A stretch of DNA of 64,000 nucleotides from an uncultured Poribacteria bacterium (GCA_958296135.2 CATQHZ020000001.1:768001-832000), one strand, 5' to 3'. Counted from the stretch's first letter, positions 10,171-20,314 are shown. Notes: a model not told the origin generated them from the sequence alone. A program made the numbers and translations.

Positions 10171-10722
10171 TCGTAGGGCGAGGGGCCCGGCGATCGCGAA
10201 TCGCCGAGGGTTCCCCTCGCCATGCCGGGGTCTATGCAGAAAGCGTTGCGAGTATCTGGGGCTCGGCTGTGTTTCGCGCGGCTTGGAAGATCGCGAGGGA
10301 CAGGTTTTCCCTCGCGCTACGGGCTAAGGTGGCTGTTGAACGATCGCGAGGGACAGTGGACATCTCTGCAGCGAGGCGGCAGAGATGACAAAGTTTCGGC
10401 GTGACGGCCCTCGCGCTACGGACTAGAGCGGCTGTTGAGGGACCGCGAGGGACAGTGGACATCTCTGCAGCGAGGCGGCAGAGATGACAAAGTTTCGGCG
10501 TGACGGCCCTCGCGCTACGGGCTAAGGTGGCTGTTGAACGATCGCGAGGGACAGTGGACATCTCTGCAGCGAGGCGGCAGAGAGGACAACGTTAAAGGTG
10601 GCATGTTTACGCGGGGCGACACACGCACATTTTCTGTAGGCGTGACCGTGACGGCCCTCGCGCTACGGGCTAAGGTGGCTGTTGAGGGACCGCGAGGGAC
10701 AGGTTTTCCCTCGCGCTACGGG
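10171..10722. repeat. REP cluster with 99 bp tandem units whose loops carry an inserted hairpin module
   Basis: Units start at 10345, 10444 and 10543; near-identical 22 bp linkers. Confidence 0.85.
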
Positions 10723-10735
10723 CCAGGGACTGTTT

Positions 10736-12751
10736 TCATCGGGCCTTCAAATCGGTGATCTGGTCGCGTAAGGTGGCGGCTAGTTCAAAATCGAGGTCCA
10801 AAGCGGCTTTGTGCATCCGCCGCGTTAAGTCGGTGATTATCGTCGGAATGTCTTCAAGTTCGGTGTCTTCTGGGACAGCAACGGGCTTCGCGGGCTTCTT
10901 TGTCTCGTATGCCGTTGAAGATTCGGCGATGAGTTCCTGAATCGCCTTTTCGATCGTCGCCGGCGTGATGTTGTGTTCGGTGTTATATTTCATCTGCGCG
11001 TCGCGCCGCCGCTGTGTCTCCTGCATCGCTTTATCCATCGCATCCGTGATGGTATCGCCGTATAAGATTACCTCGCCATCCACGTTCCGCGCTGCGCGTC
11101 CCGATGTCTGCACTAACGATGTCACCGAACGGAGGAACCCGGGCCGGTCTGCATCTAAAATCGCGACGAGGGAGACTTCCGGCAGGTCGAGTCCCTCGCG
11201 AAGCAGGTTGATACCGACAAGTACATCAAACACGCCTTCGCGAAGTTCCCGGAGAATGCGGGCCCGGTCGAACACGTCAATTTCAGCGTGCATGTAATTC
11301 GCGCGGATGCCTGCTTCAGTGAAATACTCTGTCAAATCTTCCGCCATCCGTTTCGTCAGAGTTGTGACGAGGACGCGCTGTTTCTGCTTCACGCGCTCTT
11401 GGATCTTGCCGATGAGATGGTCGATCTGGCCCTTCACTGGTTGGACAGTAATCTCCGGATCGATGAGGCCAGTTGGGCGAATCAGCTGCTCAGCGACCTG
11501 GGCACTGTTTTCCATTTCATAAGGCCCCGGCGTTGCGGAGACAAAAACGACTTGGTTGACATGTGCTTCGACTTCTTCAAACCGAAGCGGCCGGTTATCC
11601 AAAGCTGAGGGCAGTCGGAATCCGTAATTGACAAGTGTCTCCTTTCGCGACCTGTCGCCGCGATACATCCCCCGCAGTTGCGGGATAGTCACGTGCGACT
11701 CGTCGACAAAAAATAGGAAGTCGTCAGGAAAGTAGTGAAGGAGGCAGTAAGGCGGTTCGCCGGGTTGCAACCCGGAGAGGTGCCGCGAGTAGTTTTCGAT
11801 GCCGGCGCAGTAGCCTACCTCCCGTAGCATTTCCAGGTCGAAGCGTGTGCGCTGTTCGATCCGTTGCGCTTCCAGCAGTTTGTTCACCTTCTTAAACTCG
11901 ATGATGCGTTCTTGGAGTTCAAGTTCAATGTTAATGAGTGCCTCGTCAAAGATTTCGGCATCTGTCATGAAGTGCTTGGCGGGGTAGATTTCTAGGCTTT
12001 CGCGCTTTCCCAATACTTCGCCGGTTGTGGTGTCAATCTCGGCGATTCTGTCGATTTCGTCGCCGAACAATTCGATGCGATAGGCGTTTTCGGAATACGC
12101 CGGAAACACTTCGATGACATCGCCGCGCGCGCGGAAGGTACCTTGCCAGAATTCGACATCGTTACGGGTATATTGAATAGCTACTAGTTCGCGCAACAAT
12201 TTATTGCGCCGGACAACCTGTCCGAGCTCTATGTCGACCTTCTGTCCTTCAAATTCGCTTGGTGAACCGAGTCCGTAGAGACATGAGACGCTGGCGACAA
12301 CGATGACATCGCGGCGCGACATCAAAGAGGCAGTTGAGGCGAGGCGCATCCGCGTGATTTCCTCGTTAATCCGCACGTCCTTCTCGATATAGGTATCCGT
12401 GGATGGGATGTATGCCTCCGGTTGGTAATACTCGTAATCGCTGACGAAGTAGTGGACAGCGTTATAGGGGAAGAACGTGCGGAATTCGTTGTAAAGTTGC
12501 GCGGCGAGCGTCTTATTCGGCGAAATGACGAGAGTGGGCCGCTGGAGGTTCTGGATGAGATTCGCCATCGTATAGGTTTTGCCGGAGCCTGTCACGCCGA
12601 GGAGCGTCTGCGCTTTATCGCCTCGGCGGAGTCCTTCGGTGAGTTGGGCGATCGCTTGCGGCTGGTCTCCTTGCGGCATAAAATCTGATATTAATTCAAA
12701 TCGTTGCATTTCGCCGCTATGTTTGATGATGCGCTTGATTTTTTCTCGCAT
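10736..12751 (-). CDS. uvrB: Excinuclease ABC subunit B
   Basis: GDQPQAI, LGVTGSGKT, YYQPEAYIP, DESHVT, GINLLREGLDLPEV, C-terminal UVR motif. Confidence 0.98.
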   Translation of the reverse strand: MREKIKRIIKHSGEMQRFELISDFMPQGDQPQAIAQLTEGLRRGDKAQTLLGVTGSGKTYTMANLIQNLQRPTLVISPNKTLAAQLYNEFRTFFPYNAVHYFVSDYEYYQPEAYIPSTDTYIEKDVRINEEITRMRLASTASLMSRRDVIVVASVSCLYGLGSPSEFEGQKVDIELGQVVRRNKLLRELVAIQYTRNDVEFWQGTFRARGDVIEVFPAYSENAYRIELFGDEIDRIAEIDTTTGEVLGKRESLEIYPAKHFMTDAEIFDEALINIELELQERIIEFKKVNKLLEAQRIEQRTRFDLEMLREVGYCAGIENYSRHLSGLQPGEPPYCLLHYFPDDFLFFVDESHVTIPQLRGMYRGDRSRKETLVNYGFRLPSALDNRPLRFEEVEAHVNQVVFVSATPGPYEMENSAQVAEQLIRPTGLIDPEITVQPVKGQIDHLIGKIQERVKQKQRVLVTTLTKRMAEDLTEYFTEAGIRANYMHAEIDVFDRARILRELREGVFDVLVGINLLREGLDLPEVSLVAILDADRPGFLRSVTSLVQTSGRAARNVDGEVILYGDTITDAMDKAMQETQRRRDAQMKYNTEHNITPATIEKAIQELIAESSTAYETKKPAKPVAVPEDTELEDIPTIITDLTRRMHKAALDLDFELAATLRDQITDLKAR

Positions 12752-12887
12752 GCGGGTGCTCCTTTGTGCGGTTTGTTAAAAGTTGTTACGTTTAGTATAG
12801 CATATTCTAGGGGAAATGTGAATCAGGATTTGCAAGATGATAGGATTTGCAGGATGAGGAGGGCGTGGAGATGCGAACTTCTTCTCA

Positions 12888-13153
12888 CCGTAGCGCGGGG
12901 GCCGTCACGGTCCCGTCTACTGTCCCTCGCGATCTCCCGACCTACGCGAGAAACGTCCTTGGCTGAGGGGCCTAAGGACGTTTTCTGATGCGACCGAGGC
13001 ATGGCGAGGCACAAGACCTCGCCCTACGGTAAAAGGGGGGGCGGCTCGAGGCATAGCGAGGGAGACCCTCGGCGATTCGTGCTCGCCTGTCCCTCGCCCT
13101 ACGGTAAAAGGGACGCGCGCGGCCCAGCGAGGCACAAGACCTTGCCCTACGGT
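12888..13153. repeat. REP/REPIN mosaic; 12888-13030 is a composite also present at 17347-17472
   Basis: Inverted GTAG-REPs flanking an internal AGAAACGTCCTTGG...CCTAAGGACGTTTTCT hairpin. Confidence 0.8.
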
Positions 13154-13168
13154 TCGCGGGGCGTTTTC

Positions 13169-14833
13169 CTACTTCCGTATCAGCATCTTCTTCGTTGCAG
13201 AGAAATCACCGGCCTGCAGCGTATAGAAATACACGCCACTCGCAACAGGCTCTCCCTGCGCATTCCGGCCATCCCAATACGCCGCACGGGATTTGCTCTG
13301 ATACACACCGGCTCGCACCTGTCCCAACTCCAAGGTGCGGACTCGTTTTCCATCTGACGCGTGGATCGTGACGGTAACCTCCGCTGCCTCTGCCAATTGA
13401 TACGGTATCCACGTTTCCGGGTTGAACGGATTCGGATAGTTGGCAAGCAGGACTGTCTTTTTCGGGACCGGGATGTCCCTCCTACTGAGTGTTGCCAACA
13501 GCCGCTCCAGCGCAGCAATGCCCGCCGGATCTGCGTTCGCATCCTTCGCATCACGAATCCACTGCTTGACATCCGCCGCCCGTAGGAGAGACCTCCCGGT
13601 CTCGATGCCTTCTCCTTGTAGGAGAGCCCTCCCGGTCTCGATGCCCCCGGTCTCAATATCTCCCTGCACGAACGCAGGTGCAGCTGCCGCATCCACCGCC
13701 TTTACTACGATGAGGATATCGTCAACGTCAACCTTCCCATCGTTGTTGACATCTGCACGGCGGTTTGCGCCATCAGCGACGGTTTTGCCGTAGTTCCTTG
13801 CAACTCCAACGAGATCATTCACATTGACGCGCCCATTCCCCGTGACATCCACCGTGAGCAACCGCCACAAACTGATCTGCTCGAGACGAGGCCCCCGAAC
13901 GGCAAAAATCTCCGCGTTCGGAGATAACGCGAATCCCCAACCAGCATCGCCTGCGCTGAGCGTGGCTTTGAGGGTGCCGGTATTCAAGTCCCACAGCAGA
14001 ACTCCCTCTCCACCTTTACTCGCCAGCGTCTGTCCGTTTGGATGGAACACTAACGAAGAGACACCTAGGCCGTATACACCTCTGTTGTGTCCTCTTAGCA
14101 CGCGCCGGGTATCGTGCGTGTCCGGATTCCATAGGCGGATGGTGGTGTCCCTACTCCCACTGGCGAGGAGGCTCCCGTCCGGACTCCACGCCACGCAGTA
14201 GACACTCTCCGTATGCCCCCGCAGCACGGCGAAGTTGATGCCGTTGTTCGGATTCCACAACCGCACCGTGCCATCAGCACTTGCGCTGGCGAGCGTGCTA
14301 CCATCCGGCGACCACGCCACCGAGGAGATCCGGCTCGTGTGGCCGCGCAGCGTACGCACGTGCCGCAGGTTGTTTACGTCCTCCACGTCCCAGATGCGGA
14401 TGGTGTTGTCATAACTCCCACTCGCCAGCAGATAACTGTTCGGCTTGAAGGCGAGGCTATAGACAGAATCTGTATGCCCCGCCACATCGCCGCGCCAGTC
14501 GCCATCGTCACTATAGCGCATCCGAATGTTAAAATTCGTATCCCCACCATAGGCGATGAAGTCTGGGTCATGCGAGGGGAGGGCAACGGCGCGGACAGCA
14601 TTGCCGACATCTTGTTGCCAGCGTTGTGTGCCGGTGGTGACATCCCAGGCGCGGAGAGTGTCGTCGCCACTCCCACTGATAAGCGTCCCGTTATCCTTGA
14701 AGGCTAAGCCAATGACTGAGGTCGTGTGTCCTTCCAAGGTGTCGGTGTGTACGTATTCTTGGGCGGTGGCGGGTGGCAGTGCCATCGCCGCGGTTAACAA
14801 TAGTGTTAAGGTGAAAAGCGTTAATATTTTCAT
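13169..14833 (-). CDS. Secreted WD40-repeat protein with dockerin-like Ca-binding repeats and T9SS-CTD/FlgD-Ig-like tail
   Basis: Signal peptide; repeated GH...LASGS.D.TIRLW; DVTGNGRVNVNDL / DVNNDGKVDVDDI; NYPNPFNPETWIPYQL...YWDGRN..GE.VASGVYFY. Confidence 0.9.
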   Translation of the reverse strand: MKILTLFTLTLLLTAAMALPPATAQEYVHTDTLEGHTTSVIGLAFKDNGTLISGSGDDTLRAWDVTTGTQRWQQDVGNAVRAVALPSHDPDFIAYGGDTNFNIRMRYSDDGDWRGDVAGHTDSVYSLAFKPNSYLLASGSYDNTIRIWDVEDVNNLRHVRTLRGHTSRISSVAWSPDGSTLASASADGTVRLWNPNNGINFAVLRGHTESVYCVAWSPDGSLLASGSRDTTIRLWNPDTHDTRRVLRGHNRGVYGLGVSSLVFHPNGQTLASKGGEGVLLWDLNTGTLKATLSAGDAGWGFALSPNAEIFAVRGPRLEQISLWRLLTVDVTGNGRVNVNDLVGVARNYGKTVADGANRRADVNNDGKVDVDDILIVVKAVDAAAAPAFVQGDIETGGIETGRALLQGEGIETGRSLLRAADVKQWIRDAKDANADPAGIAALERLLATLSRRDIPVPKKTVLLANYPNPFNPETWIPYQLAEAAEVTVTIHASDGKRVRTLELGQVRAGVYQSKSRAAYWDGRNAQGEPVASGVYFYTLQAGDFSATKKMLIRK

Positions 14834-15101
14834 GATGGATTTCTCCTTGTTATGAACGTTCGCGGGGGACAGGTTTCCCCCGCGCTACGTTGATTGTGGG
14901 CAGGCTCGTGTGCCTGCCCGGGTGTTCGGTTGTCTGAATCGCGGATTCAGACAATTACTCGCGTTTCGTCACCAGACAACGTGTCTGGGGTTACGGCGGG
15001 AGGTTGCGCGCCTTTCGGCGGTGCAGTGCCTCCCGTAATCGTGGAAACGTTCCACAATTTCCTATGCTCGTTGCTCAACAGCGGTTCTGAATGTGACAGA
15101 A

Positions 15102-16064
15102 TTACTCGGAGGCTTCTTCCCTGGGCGTGAGTCTCTCACAGACAGCATTAAAGTCGTCGCTCGCGATTACCTGTTCTGCTAGACGCCTTAGGTTGTTGAT
15201 GTTCCCTTGTCTAACATTATCCATGTCATCATTAGCGACCTCATTCTCGGTACCATTGGGACGGCCGAGACTGACCTGGAGGTGAATGTAATTGTCATCC
15301 CCGAGGAATCTGCGCATCTGATAGTGTGCGGCATCTGACATACCATCAAACATGAAATAGAGTAGAGGCCGAATCCACTTGGCTAACCCCCAGTCTTGTG
15401 CTTCCTCATATCTGAATTCGCGCGTCAGTTGCCCCGTTCCGATCGAGAGGATAAAAAATTCCTCTTCGCTGTAGACTTCTATCGCTTCTGCATAGGCAGA
15501 TACCGAAGGGGTGTTGATAAAGACCCCACCGTCGACTAGCGTCCGCATTCTCGACCCAACGCAAAGTTCGATAGGCTCGAAAAATGTCGGAGCAGCAGAT
15601 GTCGCGCGTGCGGCATCCCTCATTCTTACCCCGACGTGTTGCGGTTCCCAGCTTTTGAGGAAAAGTGGTTCGCGCGCCTGTATGTCGTAAGCGGTAACCA
15701 TGGTCTTTGTGGAAGCCTCTCCAAGGAGGGTTTGCCGAAAATATTCACCAAGCACGTTTTCCAGGCCTTCGTGAGAGTACCTCTCCTCAAACAACTGCCC
15801 GAAGAGCCCGCGGGGGTTCTGGAAAATTTCACGTCCGCGCCGCGCGTAGATATCGGCAAGGTCTGCGGCGGAAGAATATCGAGGATTTCCCTCATCGTCC
15901 GGTACGCTCAATCCTAGGGCAAGGATGCCGCCGGTTGAGGTGCCAGCGATAAGGTCGAAATTCTCTGCGGTGGCTATGCCTGTCTTCTCCTCAATTGCGG
16001 CGAGAACCATCGCGGGAATAATCCCACGGATGCCGCCACCGTCAATACTTAGAATCTTTTTCAT
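15102..16064 (-). CDS. Patatin-like phospholipase (CapV-like family)
   Basis: ILSIDGGGIRG, GTSTG, SAAPTFF, DGG. Confidence 0.92.
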   Translation of the reverse strand: MKKILSIDGGGIRGIIPAMVLAAIEEKTGIATAENFDLIAGTSTGGILALGLSVPDDEGNPRYSSAADLADIYARRGREIFQNPRGLFGQLFEERYSHEGLENVLGEYFRQTLLGEASTKTMVTAYDIQAREPLFLKSWEPQHVGVRMRDAARATSAAPTFFEPIELCVGSRMRTLVDGGVFINTPSVSAYAEAIEVYSEEEFFILSIGTGQLTREFRYEEAQDWGLAKWIRPLLYFMFDGMSDAAHYQMRRFLGDDNYIHLQVSLGRPNGTENEVANDDMDNVRQGNINNLRRLAEQVIASDDFNAVCERLTPREEASE

Positions 16065-16403
16065 TTTTCGTTCCAAAACAAGGTTACTGCCCTTATCACC
16101 AAGGGTAAGGGCTGAGGTTCTGTAAAACACCTGCCCATCCGGTTGTTATCCCGTTGTCCCCATAGCCTTCAGTTTGCCCACGCCGCCCAAAAAGGCGGCG
16201 ACAGAAATCCGCACCGCCAAAAGCAGCACGCAGAGACCTCTCGCTGAGGCAAAACTGGACAAACGGGGAAAATAATGGAAACGGTTGCAACCGGAAAGGT
16301 GGCAGGGAAAACTTGCATCGGGCCAGTCCCAATGCAACAGAAATAGCCCGCCACGCAAAGAATGCGTGCGGGATTGATGACAAAACGCCGAATATTGACG
16401 CTG

Positions 16404-16568
16404 TCAATCGGGAGGGGGGGGGAAGCCTCCCCTTGGGGCATCAAGGCGAACGGGAACGTGTGACGGCGCGACAACGGGCATAGACGCACGGCGCGCGTGC
16501 ATCTCACGGTGCCCAAGCAGGTCTACGGTGACCTTTTTAGCAATGGAAGAATTAATTCGCTGGTTCAC
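16404..16568 (-). CDS. Putative 54 aa leader peptide ending RGGFPPPPD
   Basis: GTG start after SD GAGGAG, downstream of a consensus promoter. Confidence 0.45.
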   Translation of the reverse strand: MNQRINSSIAKKVTVDLLGHREMHARRASMPVVAPSHVPVRLDAPRGGFPPPPD

Positions 16569-16652
16569 GTGTGTCGCTCCTCGTTCAGCTAGTTTGCGGA
16601 TTTCAGTCTCGCGACGGCGCGTTTTTTCGCGCGCATCACCACGTTTGCAACC

Positions 16653-16682
16653 ATTATACACGAAAAATGCAATAAATGTCAA
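16653..16682 (-). promoter_or_regulatory. Sigma70 promoter for the leader/patatin transcript
   Basis: TTGACA-18 nt-TATAAT on the minus strand. Confidence 0.7.
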
Positions 16683-16787
16683 ACATTTTTTTGCGAAAAA
16701 TCGCCAAAATGTTCACAATTAATTTTATTTTACGCGAAATTCGGTTTTTTGTCAACGTTTTGCAAAAAAACGAAAAACGCTGCTCTA

Positions 16788-17520
16788 CCGTAGCGCGGGG
16801 GCCTATCCTCCGCGATCCCGAAGAAAACAGCCTTCTTTGCATCGTAGCGCGAGGGCCTGTCCCTCGCGATCTCTCGACCGCAACGAAAAATGCCCGCAGC
16901 CGAGAAGCCGCGGACGTTTTTGACAGGCTCGGGCATGGCGAGGCACAGGACCTCGCCCTACGGTGAGGGGGGCGGCTCGACCGACACGCAAAATGCCCGT
17001 AGCCGAGAAGCCGCGAACGTTTTTGACAGGGTCGGGCATGGCGAGGCACAGGACCTCGCCCTACGGTGAGGGGGGCGGCTCGACCGCAACGCAAAACGCC
17101 CGTAGCCGAGAAGCCGCGGACGTTTTTGACAGGGTCGGGCATGGCGAGGCACAGGACCTCGCCCTACGGTGAGGGGGGGGGCGGCTCGATGCATGGCGAG
17201 GGGAACCCTCGGCGATTCGCGCTCGCCGGGCCCTCGCCCTACGGTGAGGGGGGCGGCTCGATGCATGGCGAGGGGAACCCTCGGCGATTCGTGCTCGCCG
17301 GGTTTTCCCTCGCCCTACGGGAGAACGGACGAAAACTTTCCATCTACCGTAGCGCGAGGGCCTGTCCCTCGCGATCTCCCGACCTATGCGAGAACCGTCC
17401 TTGGTTGAGGTGCCTAAGGACGGTTTCTGTGACGACCGAGGCATGGCGAGGCACAGGACCTCGCCCTACGGTGAGGGGGGGGCGGGGCTTAGCCGTAGCG
17501 CGGGGACCTGTCCCCCGCGA
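16788..17520. repeat. BIME-like REP mosaic with three ~103 bp tandem units
   Basis: Units start at 16873, 16976 and 17079; each contains GGCGAGGCACAGGACCTCGCCCTACGG. Confidence 0.88.
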
Positions 17521-17527
17521 GCTCTCC

Positions 17528-18466
17528 CTAAAACAGTAGATTCTCCCCGCTCACCGCCTGTGCTGCCTCACCGCCGAAGGTGAGATTAAATTGGAAGCCG
17601 GGTTGACTGATATATCCAAGTTGGAACGCCAAGGTGTTGCTCACCTCATAACGGAATCCTAACCCGATGAGATTGGCGACGTTCACCCCTGCATAGGGGA
17701 GTTCGCGCGAGAAGTCTGCCACGAGCCGCATGTTATCGGAGATGGCGACTTCAGCACCTACCTGCCAATTGAGTGTGAAGAAATCGGTGGTGCGGAGTGC
17801 CTTGGAAGTCAAGAAGGCTCCAACACCGGCATGGACTTTGAAGAAATTTCCGAACCGCTGTGTGCCGACGAGATAGGTGTTCATGCCGACAAAAGGGAAA
17901 CTATCGGCGGGCCCGTGGTCGAGGAATTCATTGTCGGAGTTGAGCCGGTCATCGGCAGTGTATCCGAATTGCGCGTCGCCGCCGATGGAGATGCTTGGGA
18001 AGTTATCGTTCCGGTCAGGTTTGAGGTTATACTTCAAGCCGAGGATACCTTCAAAGAGCGATTGTTCATAGACACGCTGATTTGCGAGTTCATCGCTGTC
18101 GGTGTTATAGAAATCGTGGACGACTTTCCGCACGCCGCCTGTTGAGAGCGTGCCGCCTAGCACCAGATCGAGTTGTTCACTCATCCCGTAGGTGAATCTG
18201 ACAGGGATGAGGAACGTCTCAATTTCCAGTGTCACCCGATGCGATTCCTCAAACCCGCCGATGTCGACCTTTTGTCCGTGGTCTGGGAGTAAATCGACTT
18301 TGGAGTATTGGAAGAGCCCGAATGTCGTGGTAGAGCCGCCTTTGCCCATCGGTTCGGCTGTCTGGATGGTGCTGAGTTGCGGCATAGGCGGGAGTTGTGC
18401 CAGTAGTGGTGTCGCGATGCTGCTGAGTATCAAACAGCAGATTTGTAAGTTGCGAAGATAGCGCAT
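17528..18466 (-). CDS. Hypothetical outer-membrane beta-barrel protein
   Basis: Signal peptide, amphipathic beta strands, C-terminal Phe. Confidence 0.65.
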   Translation of the reverse strand: MRYLRNLQICCLILSSIATPLLAQLPPMPQLSTIQTAEPMGKGGSTTTFGLFQYSKVDLLPDHGQKVDIGGFEESHRVTLEIETFLIPVRFTYGMSEQLDLVLGGTLSTGGVRKVVHDFYNTDSDELANQRVYEQSLFEGILGLKYNLKPDRNDNFPSISIGGDAQFGYTADDRLNSDNEFLDHGPADSFPFVGMNTYLVGTQRFGNFFKVHAGVGAFLTSKALRTTDFFTLNWQVGAEVAISDNMRLVADFSRELPYAGVNVANLIGLGFRYEVSNTLAFQLGYISQPGFQFNLTFGGEAAQAVSGENLLF

Positions 18467-18542
18467 GGTTTTTTTATCCTATAAATATTGCACACTACCC
18501 CGTAGGCGCGGTTTGCAATCGCGCCTACGGGTTGGATGGATA

Positions 18543-19619
18543 TCAAGGGCGCGCCTGGACGAGCGCGCTTTCGTCGCGTCGGCCATCGGGGCCGGGCGTA
18601 TCGTCAAATGCGGTGATGTAGTATCGCCGGAATTCAAGCGATTGCCCGACGAGAATCGGGTCTTCGCCCGGAATGGTGAAGGAGCGTTCCTTCGTTCCGA
18701 CTGCTGGGCGCGGCAGGAGATTCCCCTCGGCATCTTCCGTATAGAGTTGATATCCGGCGAGGTCTGCTTCAGTGTTGGGTGTCCATGAAATAGCGGCATC
18801 GTATTTTGTGTTAAACAGCGAGCGTGGCAGGTAACGCACCCGCACGTTCTGCGGCGGTGCCGGTGGCAGGTTCGGGACTGTCACGCTGAGAGTCGTGATG
18901 CCTTCTGCGCCAAATTCATCGACGGCGGCGATGCGGTAGATTTTGCTGGTTCTGTCCACCTCAAAATCGAAGTCAAAATAGTAGTCTTTGTCGCGCTTGA
19001 TTTCCGCGAGGAGTCTAAAGTTCGGTTCGCCTTCAGTGTCTGCCGCGGCATAGACGCGGAAGAGCGAGAAATCGTAAGGCAGCGCATAGTCTCGCCAGAA
19101 GAGTTTCACGGTGAGGTCTGTCGGTTCACCGAGGGTTACAACTGGGGCTGGGGGCGGAACACTCGGTGTGGCAAAATCCGTTTTCCAGATGCGACGCGGT
19201 GCCTCATCTTCGCGCGGCGGGTTGTTCGGGTTTGGGGTTTCAACGCCGTTGCCATCAATATAGGAGATGCGATATTCGTAGGCGAGGACGCGTCCGAGCG
19301 AATCGCGCCGGTCGTTCTCCAGATTTTGGGTGTCAATAAACTCACTTGCGGGTGCTTCAACGTAACCGACTTCCGTGAAATCGGCATCGTCGGTAGCGCG
19401 GCGGTAGATACGATACGCTTGGATGCCTTCCTGTCCCGTGTCGTTCCATGTGACGCGCACCTGTTCGTCGCCGGCGTAAAGGACGAGCCCGTCGGGTGCT
19501 CCTGCGGTGCGGAGATTTTCTGCATCGAGCGGATTCGCGAAATCTTCGTCGCTGGTGCAGGAACCCGTAAAAACCGCGAGGATGAAAAGCATAGGTATAC
19601 TCCAATTGTGATGTTTCAT
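18543..19619 (-). CDS. Lipoprotein with fibronectin type III-like domains
   Basis: Lipobox-like TGSC; FN3-type W...Y.IYR and PPAPPQN...W...LAGY motifs. Confidence 0.75.
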   Translation of the reverse strand: MKHHNWSIPMLFILAVFTGSCTSDEDFANPLDAENLRTAGAPDGLVLYAGDEQVRVTWNDTGQEGIQAYRIYRRATDDADFTEVGYVEAPASEFIDTQNLENDRRDSLGRVLAYEYRISYIDGNGVETPNPNNPPREDEAPRRIWKTDFATPSVPPPAPVVTLGEPTDLTVKLFWRDYALPYDFSLFRVYAAADTEGEPNFRLLAEIKRDKDYYFDFDFEVDRTSKIYRIAAVDEFGAEGITTLSVTVPNLPPAPPQNVRVRYLPRSLFNTKYDAAISWTPNTEADLAGYQLYTEDAEGNLLPRPAVGTKERSFTIPGEDPILVGQSLEFRRYYITAFDDTPGPDGRRDESALVQARP

Positions 19620-19825
19620 CGCATTTTCTCCATTATAGTCCGTCATTTCCCGGTAGGCGCAGTTTGAAGCCGTGCTTACCAGAGCCATTCAGTTTTTGGT
19701 GAGCACCCCCTTTTCGCCGGTAGGCGGGACATCCCTGTCCCGATGATTCAGGGGAATCGAGACGCGGGAGGTCTCTCCTACTGCGGGGAATTGTAACATG
19801 AAAGTCTCTTCTACCGGGGGTTGCG

Positions 19826-20314
19826 TTAAAAATAGTGCAGCAATCTGAGGCTCGCGCGGCCCGTTTCCCACTCATACTGCGGCTGTAACAGCGTGGTGAA
19901 TCGGAACGGAGTCCGCTGCGCGATGCCTGTTCCGCCGAGAATCCTATTTGCTTGTGGCGATGCCGGTTCGTCTGGGGTGTCCAATTGCCCATAAATCGAG
20001 AGCAGCACGGCGAGCCCGATACATCCGTATCCGACGCGCGACATGATGACGCTGCCGTTTTGCCGAGCGAGATATGCGTCCCGATGCGCTTGGATGTCCG
20101 ATTGGATTGCGGTGCTGAGATATTCATCGTATCGGTTTTGCGCAGACGTTTTAAGCAAGCTGCCGCCGAGTTGTAATCCGAGCCCGGAGGCGAATAGGAC
20201 GATGGGGAGCGTTCGTGACCGGCGCGCCGCCTCTGCCTGTCCACTTGCTAGCACGACGATAAAGGCGCAGCAGCACGTTATTCGCAATGCGTTTGATAGG
20301 AGTTTCTTGTTCAA
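19826..20314 (-). CDS. Hypothetical membrane protein
   Basis: SD GGAGG, signal peptide and two hydrophobic segments. Confidence 0.65.
   Translation of the reverse strand: MNKKLLSNALRITCCCAFIVVLASGQAEAARRSRTLPIVLFASGLGLQLGGSLLKTSAQNRYDEYLSTAIQSDIQAHRDAYLARQNGSVIMSRVGYGCIGLAVLLSIYGQLDTPDEPASPQANRILGGTGIAQRTPFRFTTLLQPQYEWETGRASLRLLHYF

Noticed and set aside
10290-10722. CRISPR array
   Set aside because: The 22 bp linkers are near-identical rather than unique, the repeats are REP hairpins found window-wide, and there are no cas genes
15102-16064. Complete CBASS operon
   Set aside because: No CD-NTase or Cap2/Cap3 genes adjacent
16873-17184. CRISPR array or repeat-protein ORFs
   Set aside because: Whole units are duplicated with no unique spacers; ORFs occur in several frames without SD and are REP translations
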